Positions 24,582-37,687 of a stretch of DNA of 64,000 nucleotides are shown in pieces (the stretch's first letter is position 1; each line of letters opens with the position of its first letter). Source of the stretch: Amoebidium appalachense (taxonomy: Eukaryota > Protista > Ichthyosporea); contig CAVNZM010000003.1 of the NCBI GenBank assembly GCA_963693365.1, positions 11,815,651-11,879,650 of the forward strand, read 5' to 3'. Made by a program: the position numbers and the translations under genes. Below the pieces are notes generated by a model that searched no databases, was not told the origin of the DNA, and saw nothing but the letters and a program-made list of their open reading frames with translations.

Positions 24582-26162
24582 ATGCCACAGGCACCCGCGG
24601 ATGGGTGCTCGCCCCCTCCCTTGTACCCGCAAGTGCGTGCGTGCTACGAGGAGTGGCTGCAGGGGGGGGGCTTCCGGAGACGTCTATCATGGTGGATAAA
24701 GCACGGGGTTACTCCCGAGTGGGAGGGGCCCTTTTACCACGTCCGTATGGCGCAGGTTCTTATTTAGACCTCGGCGAGGTTTCTGAGGAGGAGGCATTAG
24801 TAGAGGTGGACCGGCCAGTTAGCAAGGTGCACTCAAGGCTGTAGACGATCTCGAGAAGCACTGTGTGTCCCAAAGCTTTGGGGTGCGGCCCAACGGCAAG
24901 GTGCGGCTCATTATAGACATGCGGCCGGTGAATGAATACGCGGTGAGACGTGGGGTGAAGTATGAGAGTTTGAGTGACCTGCGGGTGCTGGCACAGCCAG
25001 GCGACCACCGGTTCAGCTTTGACCTGGAGGATGGGTATTTTGCGTTGGCCATCGCGCCAAAATGGCGAAAATATTTCCAAATACGGGTGGGGGGTCGGCT
25101 ATACCAGTACACGGTGTTGCCGTTCGGGTACTCCCTGAGCCCGTACTATTTTACTCGTCTCATGCGGGAGTACGGTAGACGGTTGCGGCGATGCGGGGTG
25201 TGGGCGCTGGGTTTTCTAGACGATTGGGCGGTGTTCGAGCAGGCCAGTAGGGCGTTGGAGACACGCGGCGTTGTGGAAAAAGAGCTGCAGGCCACGGGCC
25301 TCAGCAAGCATCCGGAGAAGGGCCAGTGGGAGCCCGTTGGCAAATTCGACCACCTTGGCATGCACATTGACCTAGACGAAGGGTTCTTGTGCCCCACGGT
25401 CAAGTCCATGGAAAAGATAGGGAGGAAACGCGTGCAGTCATGCTGCCAGGCCTGCCAGCTGAAACAGTGCTGGAGAAATTGGGCAGTGGGCGGAGAAGGA
25501 GCCGTTGAAGTATGTAGCCACTGGCATTGCAGAGGCCCAAGGGTTGTTGGAGGCCTACCGGTCCCCAGCCTTCCAGGCGGTGCTTAAGGGCCAACTTGAA
25601 CGGGTGCAATGGCAATCGGATGCGCAGGCGGCACTTGGTGCCGTGCGGAAAAGGGCAACGGAAGCCCGGCAATGCAGCGCATATTGTGGCAGCTGCAGCA
25701 GCTTTGCCTCGGGAAGCGCCTCCCCTGGCCCCAAGAGGCGTCGTATATTCCCGGCGAGCTCAATGATCGGGCGGATTGGCTCTCGCGCATCGATGAACAG
25801 CACGAGTGGAGGGTTATGGCAGAAGGGGTACAGCGAGTAGAGCTAGAGCTGGGGGTCAGCACGGTAGTAGATCGATTTGCCACCCCGGTCGCTACAGCAG
25901 CAAAGCGCGAGCTTAACGTGTGGACCACAAAGGTCCCGGTAGTAGTTAAGCAGGTAGGCTAGCAGCGGTGTGGCAAGCCCCTAGTTGGTGGGCACCACCC
26001 TTCCCGCTGATTAAGCGGATGGTAGCGAAAATTCAGAGGGAGAAAGCGGTAGGGATCCTGGTGGTTCCGGTGTGGGACACCGCCTTGTGGTGGCCCGTTG
26101 TGCAGGGCCTGGCATGGTTCCCTGTGTGGACCTATGAGCGGAGCAGGTGGAATTTCCGATAG
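24582..26162 (+). pseudogene. DIRS1-type retrotransposon pol relic: RT, partial RNase H and Dam-like methyltransferase
   Basis: RT: KVRLIIDMRPVN..KYESL..FDLEDGYF..VLPFGYSLSPYYFTRLM..FLDD. RH tail: YIPGELNDRADWLSR. MT: VDRFAT and WWAPPFPLIKRMVAKIQREKAVGILVVPVWDTALWWP. No YR gene seen. Confidence 0.85.
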
Positions 26163-26608
26163 GAGTAAGGCCATGGCGGATACGAGCATTCCTATTGGAC
26201 GGCGGCAAGGAGCCGTCAGATGTCGGCTGAGAGGGTCAGTTGGGGCACACTACAGGTGAGGGTGGCACCAGGGCTCGGGCATGGCGCTTTGGCCGCGGTA
26301 TCCCTTGTGTGTAGTGGTGTCCTGCCCCCTCAGGGAGTTGGATAGGTGCTGCGACAGGCTGAGCCCGGCGGCAGTGCATCATTATGGAGCGGAAAACTAT
26401 GAGTCTTATTGTCGTGTAGGGCTCTTTTGGTTGTGGATGTGGGGTGGATCGTATGTGGTGCTTTTGGTGTCGTGTGTTATTGCCTTGTAGGGCTCCTTGT
26501 GTTTGGGAGTAGGGTGGAGCGTGTGTGGTCACTGGCCGTGCTGTGGGTAGACGTGTGTTAGTCAGGTGACTGGGGCTGTTTTGTACGATTGGCTTGGCCA
26601 TGTGCGAG

Positions 26609-27062
<454 letters not shown>

Positions 27063-27125
27063 TAGGTCCACCCGCATAGGTGAACGGCTGTGGCCCTGGA
27101 AAGACGGTGTGGTGTGGGAATAATT

Positions 27126-27818
27126 ATATTTAGTTTGTAAACGTGTTTTCTTTGAAGGAGAAATAGATAGCCCCGTTGGAATGAAATTGTGTGTTGTGAG
27201 TGCGCTGTAAAATTCGTAGTAGTAATATGTTGTAGACCTTGGTGTGTTTGATGTGTGTGCAAAGTTTCAGGCTGCTAGCAGTTTTATTTAGGCAGCTGTA
27301 GCTGTTTTTATGTTCTGTGGGATATGCCATATGGATATATTGATGAGTTTGAGTTATATCTAGTCCGAAATGGGCGGCAATTGATTTGGTCTTTGTGATC
27401 TAGGGGTTTTAGCCACTTGTGAAAATTTTTCATTGGTTGATGTGCAGCAAAAATTCCATTTTGGTAGATTTCATGGATTTGATAGGTTCTAAGTCATTTC
27501 TTCATATTTCCACAGGCAAAAATGTGGGCCGCGCTGTATAATGAGCTTGCGCGGCCCCAGGGAGGTCAGTTGCGGCGCTACTGAGCGCGTTTAGGTCTCT
27601 TTAGGCCCAAAATTTTAGCTAAGTTTTTGCCCACCCACCACACCCTTTGCCTATTTAGGCACTAGGCTACGATTTTTGAGCATGTTTCTGTATGACATTT
27701 GTCATTCTTTTCATTGCTCCTGTGGAGCACACCTGTGCCTGCTTGTGAGATTGATCCACAGGCACCGGCTCATGTATCCCCTTGCTGGGGCTGGTAAAGA
27801 CGACTTTGGCATAAGAAT
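27126..27818 (+). mobile_element. Solo A-spacer-B module of the YR retrotransposon
   Basis: Reverse complement of 33852-34544, with no coding sequence; ends ggcataagAAT. Confidence 0.88.
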
Positions 27819-28682
27819 CTAATATTATATAAGGGTTTAGTCAAATAGCAAAAGTAATTGGAAATAAAAAACCCCGCATTTTTGATATAAAGAGTCGCAG
27901 TGGTCCGACGCGTCCTTCATTGTCAAAATCGACGAAAACCGTCTGGGTGTGGGGCCGGCGACCACGGCAGCGGCCGACCCATGGGCTGATCGTCTAAGAC
28001 AAAATTAGCGTTTTTGCTTGTTTTGACCACAAAATAAGCGCTGGACACCCCATGTTGCTTATATAAAAAATATGGGTCGCTTTATTTTTCAAGTTATTAA
28101 TCAGGCGGCCAAAGCCTGTTTTTTATTCATATTTTGGACTTTGAAGTCCTTATATGATTTTTGGACAATAGCTGTTGAGACAAGCGGACCGTAAAATGTG
28201 CCGCGGCTCATTTTGAGGCGAGGCAATGGATTTGAACCACTATTTGGTGATTGCGAACTCGTGTATCTACCTTTCCGCACCTGATTGGGCCCTGCAATGT
28301 CATTGCGGGCCAATCAGTGCTGTAGGCGCTTTTGGGAGACACCGTTTGAAAGGGACTCCACATGTTTGTTCCGTCAGTTTTTTGACCCCGTCGCGCCTTC
28401 CAGCACCCACCCACCCGCCCGCAGCTATTTTTTGTGTCCCCGTCTGCTTTTGGATTGTTTCCTGTCTGTAGATTGCTTGGGGGCACAACGGGTATGAGTG
28501 TTGGGGTATGGGGGGCGTGACTGGGAGGGGGTATAACGGTTGGTTTGGGAGATAGCAGTGTATGGTTTGTAGTCTTCTGTCTAGGGCGAGAACTGTTGGG
28601 GATGCACGGGCAGTTATGTAATGATGTTTGAGCACCTGTAGGATGTGTTTTTCCTTCGTAGAGTACTATGTAGTTAGTTGCT

Positions 28683-28812
28683 TTGGGATATTCCGGAGAT
28701 ATTCCGGCTATGAGTCAACCCGGCCGTGGGCTGTGCCCAGGCCCAAATTTGGGGTATTCCGGAGATAATCCGGATATGAGTCAATTCGGCTGGGCTGTGC
28801 CCAGGCGCAAAC
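28683..28812. repeat. Two tandem ~66-bp repeats
   Basis: ttgggRtattccggagataWtccggMtatgagtcaa..ggctgtgcccaggcScaaa occurs twice. Confidence 0.8.
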
Positions 28813-29079
28813 CGCTGCAGCGAGTCAGTAAAGCAAAATCAAAAGCAATAACGGTATCTAAAATTAATATTGTGCGAGGCCCATAAGATCACTCTATAGG
28901 AAATGGTGATTAGCTGCACCCTTAAAAGTAGAGAGAGCACGAGCTTGGGTATCGGCCTCTTCAGTAACGCCACGAACGGTGAAACTAAAGGAACAGCACT
29001 TATGGGCAAGAGTCTCGGGAGGAAGATGCTTGATACCAGGAAACCATCATTTCCCTTTTTTGCACGAGTTCGTTCATGC

Positions 29080-29129
29080 CCTCCCTTCCCCCTCTTCCTC
29101 CCCCCCCCCCCCCCCCCCCCGCCCTCTCC

Positions 29130-29163
<34 letters not shown>

Positions 29164-29333
29164 ACTATTTTCCCTTTTTCCCTAGTGAGCAAATTTACAC
29201 CCATTTACCTACGTCACCCTTGCCTCCCCCCATCCTTCCGACGCCCCCCCCCCCCCCCCCCTCCCCCCTCTCCCCCTTCCTCGGTCCTTCATTCCTTCAC
29301 CCGTCTTCTTTTCCCACCTCGCCATCCTCCCCC

Positions 29334-29374
<41 letters not shown>

Positions 29375-29730
29375 AACAAAACCAAACACCCTCTTCTCAC
29401 TCCCCCCTCCCACCCCCACCCCCCCCCCCCCCCTCCGCCCCTGCAGCCCCCCTTTTAAACTTGACCCCTCAACCCTCTTTCCCCCGCCTTTTTCCTCCAG
29501 GTTTGCCCCGCCTGCCCCCCTCCCCCCCCCCCCTCTCCCCCGCCCCCCCCCCCCCCCTCCCCACCCCTTTAACAACATTCATACATATTCAACTACCTCT
29601 TTCTCTACCCTCTCCCACCCCTCCTGCCCCCTGTCCTCAACTGAGCCTCCCTACGCAATTTTTTTCCCCCCCTTTTATTTCTCCAAGTCTGCCCCTGCCC
29701 CCCCCCCCCTCTCCCCTCCCCCCTTCCTCT
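29080..29730. repeat. Poly-C low-complexity region
   Basis: Long C homopolymers; the Pro/Gly ORFs called here are artefacts. Confidence 0.9.
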
Positions 29731-30039
29731 TTCGGTGTTATCACCTACTTCTCTCTGCTTTGAACTCCAGCTCATGCACAGAAAGCATGCACATCTAGCT
29801 ATTGCACACCCTCATTACAATGCTCTCTTTAGTCTCTCATCCACACGTGCATAACGAAAGGCTATTAGGCTGTGGCAACCCCCCCATCACCCGAGATCAT
29901 GATGAGCATCATGATTGAGGAATGTGCTATCTACTATGATCATATTGGCTCAGGTGTCAGCCCTGCCAGTGGGCTGCAGCAGTCACTATGAAATACCTGG
30001 TGATGGTCAGTGCTGGCCGTGGGGTCAAAGGTGTCGTTG

Positions 30040-31080
30040 CATTAAATGCCACCGTTAGGCCAGGACATTGGCTGAACCCTTTGGCCACCAGTCTAGCCCG
30101 GAACTTGGTTGTGATCTGATTGTCGCCATTGTGCTTGACTTCATACACCCAACGTTTTTGGATTGGACAGCGGCCCTTGGGTAACGGCACCAACGAATAA
30201 GTGTTGTGGTGCTGCACTGGGTTCGTCATCCCGGAATCACATAAGGCCTTACATGCCTCAGGCTGCTTCCGCACAGTGGCATGGTCTGATCGCGGCTGCC
30301 TCCTCGTAGGAGTTGGGCTTGCGCACCTGACACCAGCACTACAGACCACTGGCAGGGTCTGCTTGCCCTGCACAAGCGCTGGTGCAGCTGCAGGCATGGC
30401 CAGCAATGTTTGCCCGCAATGACTTTGCCGCAGCCGTTGCCCAGGTTGAACATGTGTCCACTGCTCCATGCCACCCTTGGCAGGTGGTGGCTAGGCACGT
30501 TGCTGTCGTTGAAGTACAGCCACTTGACGATTGGCTGTGCTGACCTGGGGGTGCGGCGAGTCAACACACACGCGTTTAAGCTTGCCTACACCCACTCGTG
30601 CTGACCTCAGTGATCTTCGAACTCGCTGTCGCTGTCATCAAAGGCATCGCTGCTGGTGAATGCGGTCGGTCGTAGCAGCCCCAATGCTGGCGGATCCGAC
30701 TCGAGAGTCTCCGTCTGTCTCCTCACCGGTGGTGGTGTGCTCCTCCTGCACCTCCTGCACAAATGGGTCACCTGTGCTGGTCTGGCCAGGTGCAGCTCAC
30801 GGCTGGTGGCCATACTTGGGGGTTGAAGGCAGTGGGTGTGCCCTTCACCAGGGTGACACTCACAACCACTGAACCAAAACAGATGCCACTGGGCCAACCG
30901 GCAGGATGCGGAAGCCCTTAGTGTCCTTCAAGTAGCCAATCAGAATGCCCCCCTGGCCACTTGGTGTCAGCTTGTTGCCATGCTGCTCCTTGGCCATTGT
31001 GGGGTAGGCCAGGCAGTCATAGGCAGGGAAGTAGGACACATCCGATAAAGCACCTGGTTGTGAAATGCCTGCCAGGGCCC
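30040..31080 (-). pseudogene. Degenerate copia relic (integrase C-terminal SH3-like region and RT N-terminus)
   Basis: KLTPSGQGGILIGYLKDTKGFRIL and TYSLVPLPKGRCPIQKRWVYEVKH..KFRARLVAKGFSQCPG. Confidence 0.8.
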
Positions 31081-33085
31081 TGTCATGCCAGGCACGGCCT
31101 TGTTGTGGTGTGATTGCGTCATATGAGGTAATATACCATCGAATAGCAGCCAATAGGATACGACCCTGGCGCTCCATATATGGATGAGGAATTTAATGAG
31201 TGCGCCTACGTGTCCTGGAGACACCTTCCGGCCCGTCACCGGTACATCAGCCTGCGCTCTATGCTGTGCAGAGGGCCAATAGTAAAGGGTTAGGGAAACA
31301 AGTGAGTTCCCGTTAACCCCCAGTGTTGGTGTCGTGTTGCCTTTTCCTCTATAACTCCTCCGTTCAAAGAGCCCACTTCAACACATGTATACACCAATTG
31401 TCGAGGGACACAACAGTCTGAGCTACACACTTGAAGCGGTAGTTTTGCACAGAGTTCCCGCACTTAGATTAAGTTACAAGTATTTTTCCCCTTCAAGTTT
31501 CCTTTTCTCTCGCACACAAAAGTTTTTCTTTTTTCAACAACGATGGCAGATAATGGTGAAGTTCGGAAATAGCCCCAAGGCTTCCCCTAAGCGAGAGGTT
31601 GAGGAATCCCCTCGCCGTTCCTCTCCTCCCAATGATCTCGCTGGGCAGGTTGAAGGGAAAGCAGACCACGAGGTTAGTTCAGAGTTCACTGCCTTAGAGG
31701 CTCGTTTGGTAGAAGCATAATGTGAGCAGGAGGCCGCTAAGGAGTTGCGTGCGGAGGGCGGGCGCGTCGAAGCTTTGCGCGCGGACTCCGCAGCAGCGCC
31801 AGCTTGAGCGTTAGGATACCCTTCGCCAGCAGGCTGCCGCGCAGTAGCAGGCACACAAGGCTAAGGTTCAGCGAGCCATAGCTGAGCGAGATGCCTGTAA
31901 ACAGGCAGCTCTGGAAGAGACTGCCCGTCTGTGTGGCCTGTGCGACGAAATACACGCCGAGGTCGCTAAGCAGGGAGACGCGTTTGCTGTTTTAGAGTAG
32001 CAGGTGGCCACAGCTTTGCCGGGTGTGCCCTTCGTTCCACCCTTAGGTGGTGCGCACCGGCTCCGAACGTGCTGGCCGTTTTACCCATTCTGCCGCAACA
32101 GACCCCGCCTCCAAGCATGCCACCCCCGGCTGCGTTTGTCCCGCCAGCACCGCCTACTTTCCCAGTGCAGCGACCTTACCCCCCCCGCAGTTCAGTTCGT
32201 GCGGAGGGCAGCGTGCAGAGGAGATTTGTACCCCTATCACCACCCCTGGATGTCCGGGTCCAGGGGGAGCGCCTCCCCGGATGCGCACGTCTTCCATGTT
32301 TCCTCCGGCACCCCCGTGCCTGACAGCAGAGGCAGGTTGTTGGGTGTCGACGAAACGTCTGAAGTCCCTTCCTGGTTATTGCTCACTGGGCAAACTCGTC
32401 GAGCATGAGATATATGCCCACCTTTTCAACTATACGCAATGCCAAAACGAACGGCTGGGACTTTACTTATGATGTGACAGTCCACCTGATGGACCGTCCG
32501 CCATTGATTTCAAACTTGAAGCGGCCTGTGCAAAGTTGCATACAATCATGGCAAGCAACGTGTTCCTTTGCCCTACCTACTTTGCCCTTCTGTCTTTATA
32601 TCAACCAGCCGGTGCACGCAAGTACAAATTTTAGCAGACTCGAGCGTTGTTGATTGGGGTGGTTGAAAAGGAATACACGAACGAACTCATGCGCATTCTG
32701 GATGTCGTTAACGGACTTCCTCAACATCCCACTCTACCGGAAATCCTGTGGTTGTTTGTGTGCAAAGTTCTCTCGCCCACTCGTACTGCTAGTAGTACGC
32801 ACCGTGCCGGTCAATTACAACGCTCCAAGCACGTACAAAACTCGAAAAACCAAAAACGGTCGGCGTTGGGAGCGGTGGACGGGAGTCATGTGAAATTGCT
32901 TTTGCAACAAATGGAGCATTCTTATGCCAACGTCGTCTTTACCAGCCCCAGCAAGGGGATACATGAGCCGGTGCCTGTGGATCAATCTCACAAGCAGGCA
33001 CAGGTGTGCTCCACAGGAGCAATGAAAAGAATGACAACTGTCATACAGAAACATGCTCAAAAAACTTAGCCTAGAGGCACATAGG

Positions 33086-33167
33086 CAAGGTGTGTATGTG
33101 TGTGCACGGCCGGGTGTGTGTGTGTGTACAGTACATGTATGTGTGTGTGTGCCTGTGTGTGTGTGTT

Positions 33168-33206
<39 letters not shown>

Positions 33207-33224
33207 ATGTGTGTGTGTGTGTGA

Positions 33225-33290
<66 letters not shown>

Positions 33291-33306
33291 ATGTGTGTGT
33301 GTGTGT

Positions 33307-33405
<99 letters not shown>

Positions 33406-33480
33406 GTGTGTGTGTGTAACAGTGTGTGTGTGTACATGTGTGTGTGTAACAGTGTGTTGTGTGTGTGTGTGTGTTCGGTG
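33086..33480. repeat. (GT)n-rich insertion/expansion inside the spacer of the outer module
   Basis: Flanked on both sides by ggcaagg(g)tgtg; absent from the other spacer copies. Confidence 0.85.
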
Positions 33481-34644
33481 GCAAGGGTGTGGTGGGTGGA
33501 AAAAAACTTAGCTAAAAAATTGGGCCTAAAGAGACCTAAACGCGCTCAGTAGCGCCGCAACTGACCTCCCTGGGGCCGCGCAAGCTCATTATATAGCGCG
33601 GCTAACATTTTTGCCTATGAAAATATGAAGAAATGACTTAGAACCTATCAAATCCATGAATCTACCAAAATGGAATTTTTGCTGCACATCAACCAATGAA
33701 AAATTTTCACAATTGGCTAAAACCCCTAGATCACAAAGACCAAATCAATTGCCGCCCATTTCGGACTAGATATAACTCACACTCATCAATATATCCATAT
33801 GGCATACCCCACAGAACATAAAAACAGCTACAGCTCCCTAAATAAAAATGCTTCTTATGCCAACATCGTCTTTACCAGCCCCAGCAAGGGGATACATGAG
33901 CCGGTGCCTGTGGATCAATCTCACAAGCAGGCACAGGTGTGCTCCACAGGAGCAATGAAAAGAATGACAAATGTCATACAGAAACATGCTCAAAAAACGT
34001 AGCCTAGTGCCTAAATAGGCAAAGGGTGTGGTGGGTGGGCAAAAACTTAGCTAAAAAATTGGGCCTAAAGAGACCTAAACGCGCTCAGTAGCGCCGCAAC
34101 TGACCTCCCTGGGGCCGCGCAAGCTCATTATAGAGCGCGGCCCACATTTTTGCCTATGGAAATATGAAGAAATGACTTAGAACCTATCAAATCCATGAAA
34201 TCTACCAAAATGGAATTTTTGCTGCACATCAACCAATGAATAATTTTCACAAGTGGCTAAAACCCCTAGATCATAAAGACCAAATCGATTGCCGCCCATT
34301 TCGGACTAGATATAACTCAAACTCATCAATATATCCATATGGCATATCCCACAGAACATAAAAACAGCTACAGCTCCCTAAATAAAAATGCTAGCAGCCT
34401 GAAACTTTGCACACACATCAAACACACCATGGCCTACAGCATTATACTACCACGAAGTTTACAGCACACTCGCAACACACAATTTCACTCCAACGGGGCT
34501 ATCTAATTCTCCTGCAAAGAAAACACGTTTACAAACTTAATATTCTTATGCCAACATCGTCTTTACCAGCCCCAGCAAGGGGATACATGAGCCGGTGCCT
34601 GTGGATCAATCTCACAAGCAGGCACAGGTGTGCTCCACCACTCC

Positions 34645-35579
34645 CTACCTGGCACGGGAAGGAACGAACCATGCCGTGGGTGACTGACGCAGCGCTGCAG
34701 CCCGGGCAAGGAGCGACGCAGGCACGCGAATAGAAAGAACAAGAGACTGGCCGGCCTGCACATACCGGCGGAGGGAGGCATGCGATCTCCATCGACCACG
34801 CAGAGCAATCGTCTCTACTGAAACACCCCTGACATAGTCTCTCGAGGCACCACCATGGCGAAGACTGTGAAGATGGAACCCATACTCGTTGAGGCCGAGG
34901 GAGTCACATGCCGCTTGGAACTTGGCACGCAGAACATCATACGAGAAAGGAAACAGCCGCGCAGAAGGGGGGGCGGGGCGCCACGGAACCAGAAAGACAG
35001 GATGGCCAACAGGGACGGATCGGTGATGGGGACAAACTGATTTGGACCGGTCTTGGTGTCGGCCAGGCGGATGCCGCCTGTACTGGGTGGCATGTCGTGG
35101 GGAACGGGGTCGTCGGGCAAAATAAGATCCGCACGGGTGAGCATAAGCAGCTCACTGACACGAAAATAGCATTCAAATCCAAGCAAAACAGCAATACCAA
35201 ACAAGGGGCCAATTTTGGAATACAAATGATGGCCAATGACGAGGACCAATGAAAACGGAAGCGGGGGCGTGGTCTTTGCTGGAACAAGCCGGTTCCAGCC
35301 CTGCAGGCTCCGTTGGGCGGCCTGCAGGTGTGGACCCAGGCGTGGCATGAAATGCTTGATGCCGGCAGCTGTGTTGACACAGCGCTGACGCTGGCCACGC
35401 GATGGATCAATGGCATAACACTCCTCAAAATACTCCACCAGGAGGTCGTCCAGTTCGGCGGGGGACTTGGTGTCGGTACCAGGGGGCAACCAATCCAGGA
35501 ACTCAACAACCACATCCCGGTAGGCTTTGAGGGTTGGGGGCTTTATGGCCTGGTCAGCCAGAGAACCGCGAGGGACCAT
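34645..35579 (-). CDS. Tyrosine recombinase of copy 1 (frameshift in a C7 run at ~34970)
   Basis: CYFRVSELL (catalytic R) and TKTG, then in the next frame HSLRHGGAS..RGRWRSHASLRRYV (HxxR, W, Y). The start overlaps the end of RH. Confidence 0.92.
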
Positions 35580-37610
35580 CTGCAGGATTGTGGGCTGACG
35601 GCAGCCACACACAATACAAACGAATGTCGAGGGCAAGCGTGTAGGCAGCCACCTGGCGGCATACACGGTTCAGGCGTCGGGATGCTGAACGACCCTTAGC
35701 AACAGCCCCAAGCAGCGCCGTCGAATCAAGGCCCCAAAGGTAGCGGGAGCCCCGGGCAGCCGTAGACCGACCTAATCGACGAAGCCCCAGGAGCAAGGCT
35801 TCTCCCTCCAGAATGTTGATGTGGTCGGAGTGGCGCCAACGATGACTGATGTTGGTGGTCCACCGGCCACCAACAGCTGCCAGGATAGGTGCCGGGGGGC
35901 GGACGGGCTTGGCTCGTGCACAGGACCAGACAGCTGGCTGTAGTGGCCACGCCGGTTGCAGTGAGGCAGCACTTCGCGGAGAAGCGTTGCTGGAAGCACC
36001 CGGGACACCACTGCACCACCCAACAAGGAAGCATCAGTGCAGAACATGGTGCTAGCAAACCCAGAACGCAAATCACAACGCATCAAAGGGGCCAAAGCAC
36101 ACATCGCCTGAAGCTCCCACACCACGGGCGGGGGAAGGGGCTGTTCCCGACCCCCCAGCAGCACCACAAAGCTGTAGACGGCACTCAGAACCGACAAAAG
36201 CGGCCGCTGCAGAAGTGCCGCCCACACCCAACCACCAAGCAACTGCTGCAAATGGAGCTGCGTGACGACACCACGACGCAACACGGCCTGGGTTTCCGCC
36301 ACCAGACGGCACAAGGAAGCGCCAGACGGGCGCAATATCCCAGAGCGATGCATTTCCAGGCCTAGCAGCACCATAGAGGACGACGAACCAGCAGCCACAT
36401 CCTTCTTGACATTGGAGGGAAGACCAGCCGGGCCGGTGACGCCATGATACGATTCACGCTGACGATTGATGGCGGTGGCATCTGTGCCGACCCAGCCACA
36501 GTCGTCCACATACAGGGCATGCTGCGTGGCCTCCACAGGCCGCGGCACTATCGCACAGAGGCGCTCAATGCGGGGCATGCCGGCTCGGTCAGCCAACTGC
36601 CCATGGACGTCTTGAGCCACAAGCACAGAATGCACCCAGCCCATGGGCACGGTCTTGAGGGCCGGGTACACAAGCCGGTCGGGCCCAGAAATGCCAACAG
36701 CCTCCGAAGACACAGGCGGCAATCCGAAGTACCGCCACAGCCACTCGGGGGCAAGAAGACGATGGAACTGGTTGTCCATGTCCGACTTGCCAAAATAGAG
36801 GCAATCCTCAGGCCCCAGCAACAGATCGGCAAAATCGGCAGGGTTGGGCAGGTGCACCTGGAGGGCAGGATGATGATCACGGGCAAAGAACAGGTTGCCA
36901 CGGCGGCCGTCAAAAATGACGCGGGCTCTGGTGTCTTTGGGGAACCCAAACAGCCCATTGATGGCCAGTGGTTTTTCCTTCGCCTCGAAATAGTGCACCA
37001 TGCCGCAGTCTTGGAGCCGAAGAAGCAGGGGACCGTATTCCCCACTGGGAACGTGATGCGCCGGTCGGATGCGGCGCAGCTCTGCAGGCGTCGGCGGAAC
37101 AGGCTTGAGAAGGCCGCCGTCGCAGTTGGCCAAAAGCGGCTGCCACGTTGGAGACAAAAACTGCAACACGTCCACTGTGGCTCCAACCCCAGGGGGTGGC
37201 AAAGCGGCATTTGCCGCCGTGAGAGGTAGCCATCCTGTCAATACAGGGTAGGCAGCGGGGAACGCAGCCAAGACACTACTCGCAGGCTGAGCGTCATAGA
37301 CACCCGCGCTTATAGCATCGTAGCTGGCCCTAAGGACAAAGGTCCACAGGGCATGGTGGTGACTGTTCACGAACCGGGTCGGGAATGGGCAAGGGCCGCC
37401 TGCCCACAGCTCGTTGAGGGCACCAAGACAACGGTTAGCCAAGGTAACCCCCTTCAGGCTGTGAGACAGACGTTGCCGACGGCGTTGACTCCGTAGGCGG
37501 GCTTGTCCAGAACGGTCCGGCACAGGAATGGCCGGAACAGGAAACAAATCAGAGGCGGCAAAGACATGACGTGGCATAGCTGTGGAATCCTTAGAAAAAT
37601 TAGGGGGCAT
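35554..37610 (-). CDS. pol: RT/RNase H of copy 1 (single homopolymer frameshift at ~35895)
   Basis: RT: ARVIFDGRRGN, SDMDNQFHRL, VPMGWVHS, LYVDD. RH: TDASLLG, HINILE, LDST..KGRS and NPADGPSR. Confidence 0.92.
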
Positions 37611-37687
37611 ATTTAATCAAGGGCACGTGGCAGGAAGCCACAAGAAAATAATATACAGAACCGCGTGCCGAACCCCCAAAGGGCCGT

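Noticed and set aside
27830-28925. Possible TTAA-targeting DNA element (ataaGGGT...ACCCttaa)
   Set aside because: The inverted match is only ~4 bp and the left TSD is not TTAA.
31555-32400. Coiled-coil/Pro-rich gag-like relic
   Set aside because: It has multiple stops and no diagnostic motif, so it cannot be assigned.
33852-34638. Hammerhead or other known ribozyme in the terminal repeats
   Set aside because: No CTGATGA...GAAA core or other known consensus was found by eye; kept only as an unclassified structure candidate.
33799-34733. Recurrent small ORFs (MAYPTEHKNSY.., MHTHQTH..) in the A/B repeats
   Set aside because: They are antisense to the element, vary in length between copies and cross repeat junctions; their recurrence only reflects repeat copy number.
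36444-37229. Long antisense and alternate-frame ORFs over the YR-element pol and gag
   Set aside because: These are expected shadows of GC-rich coding DNA; there are no motifs and no independent evidence.
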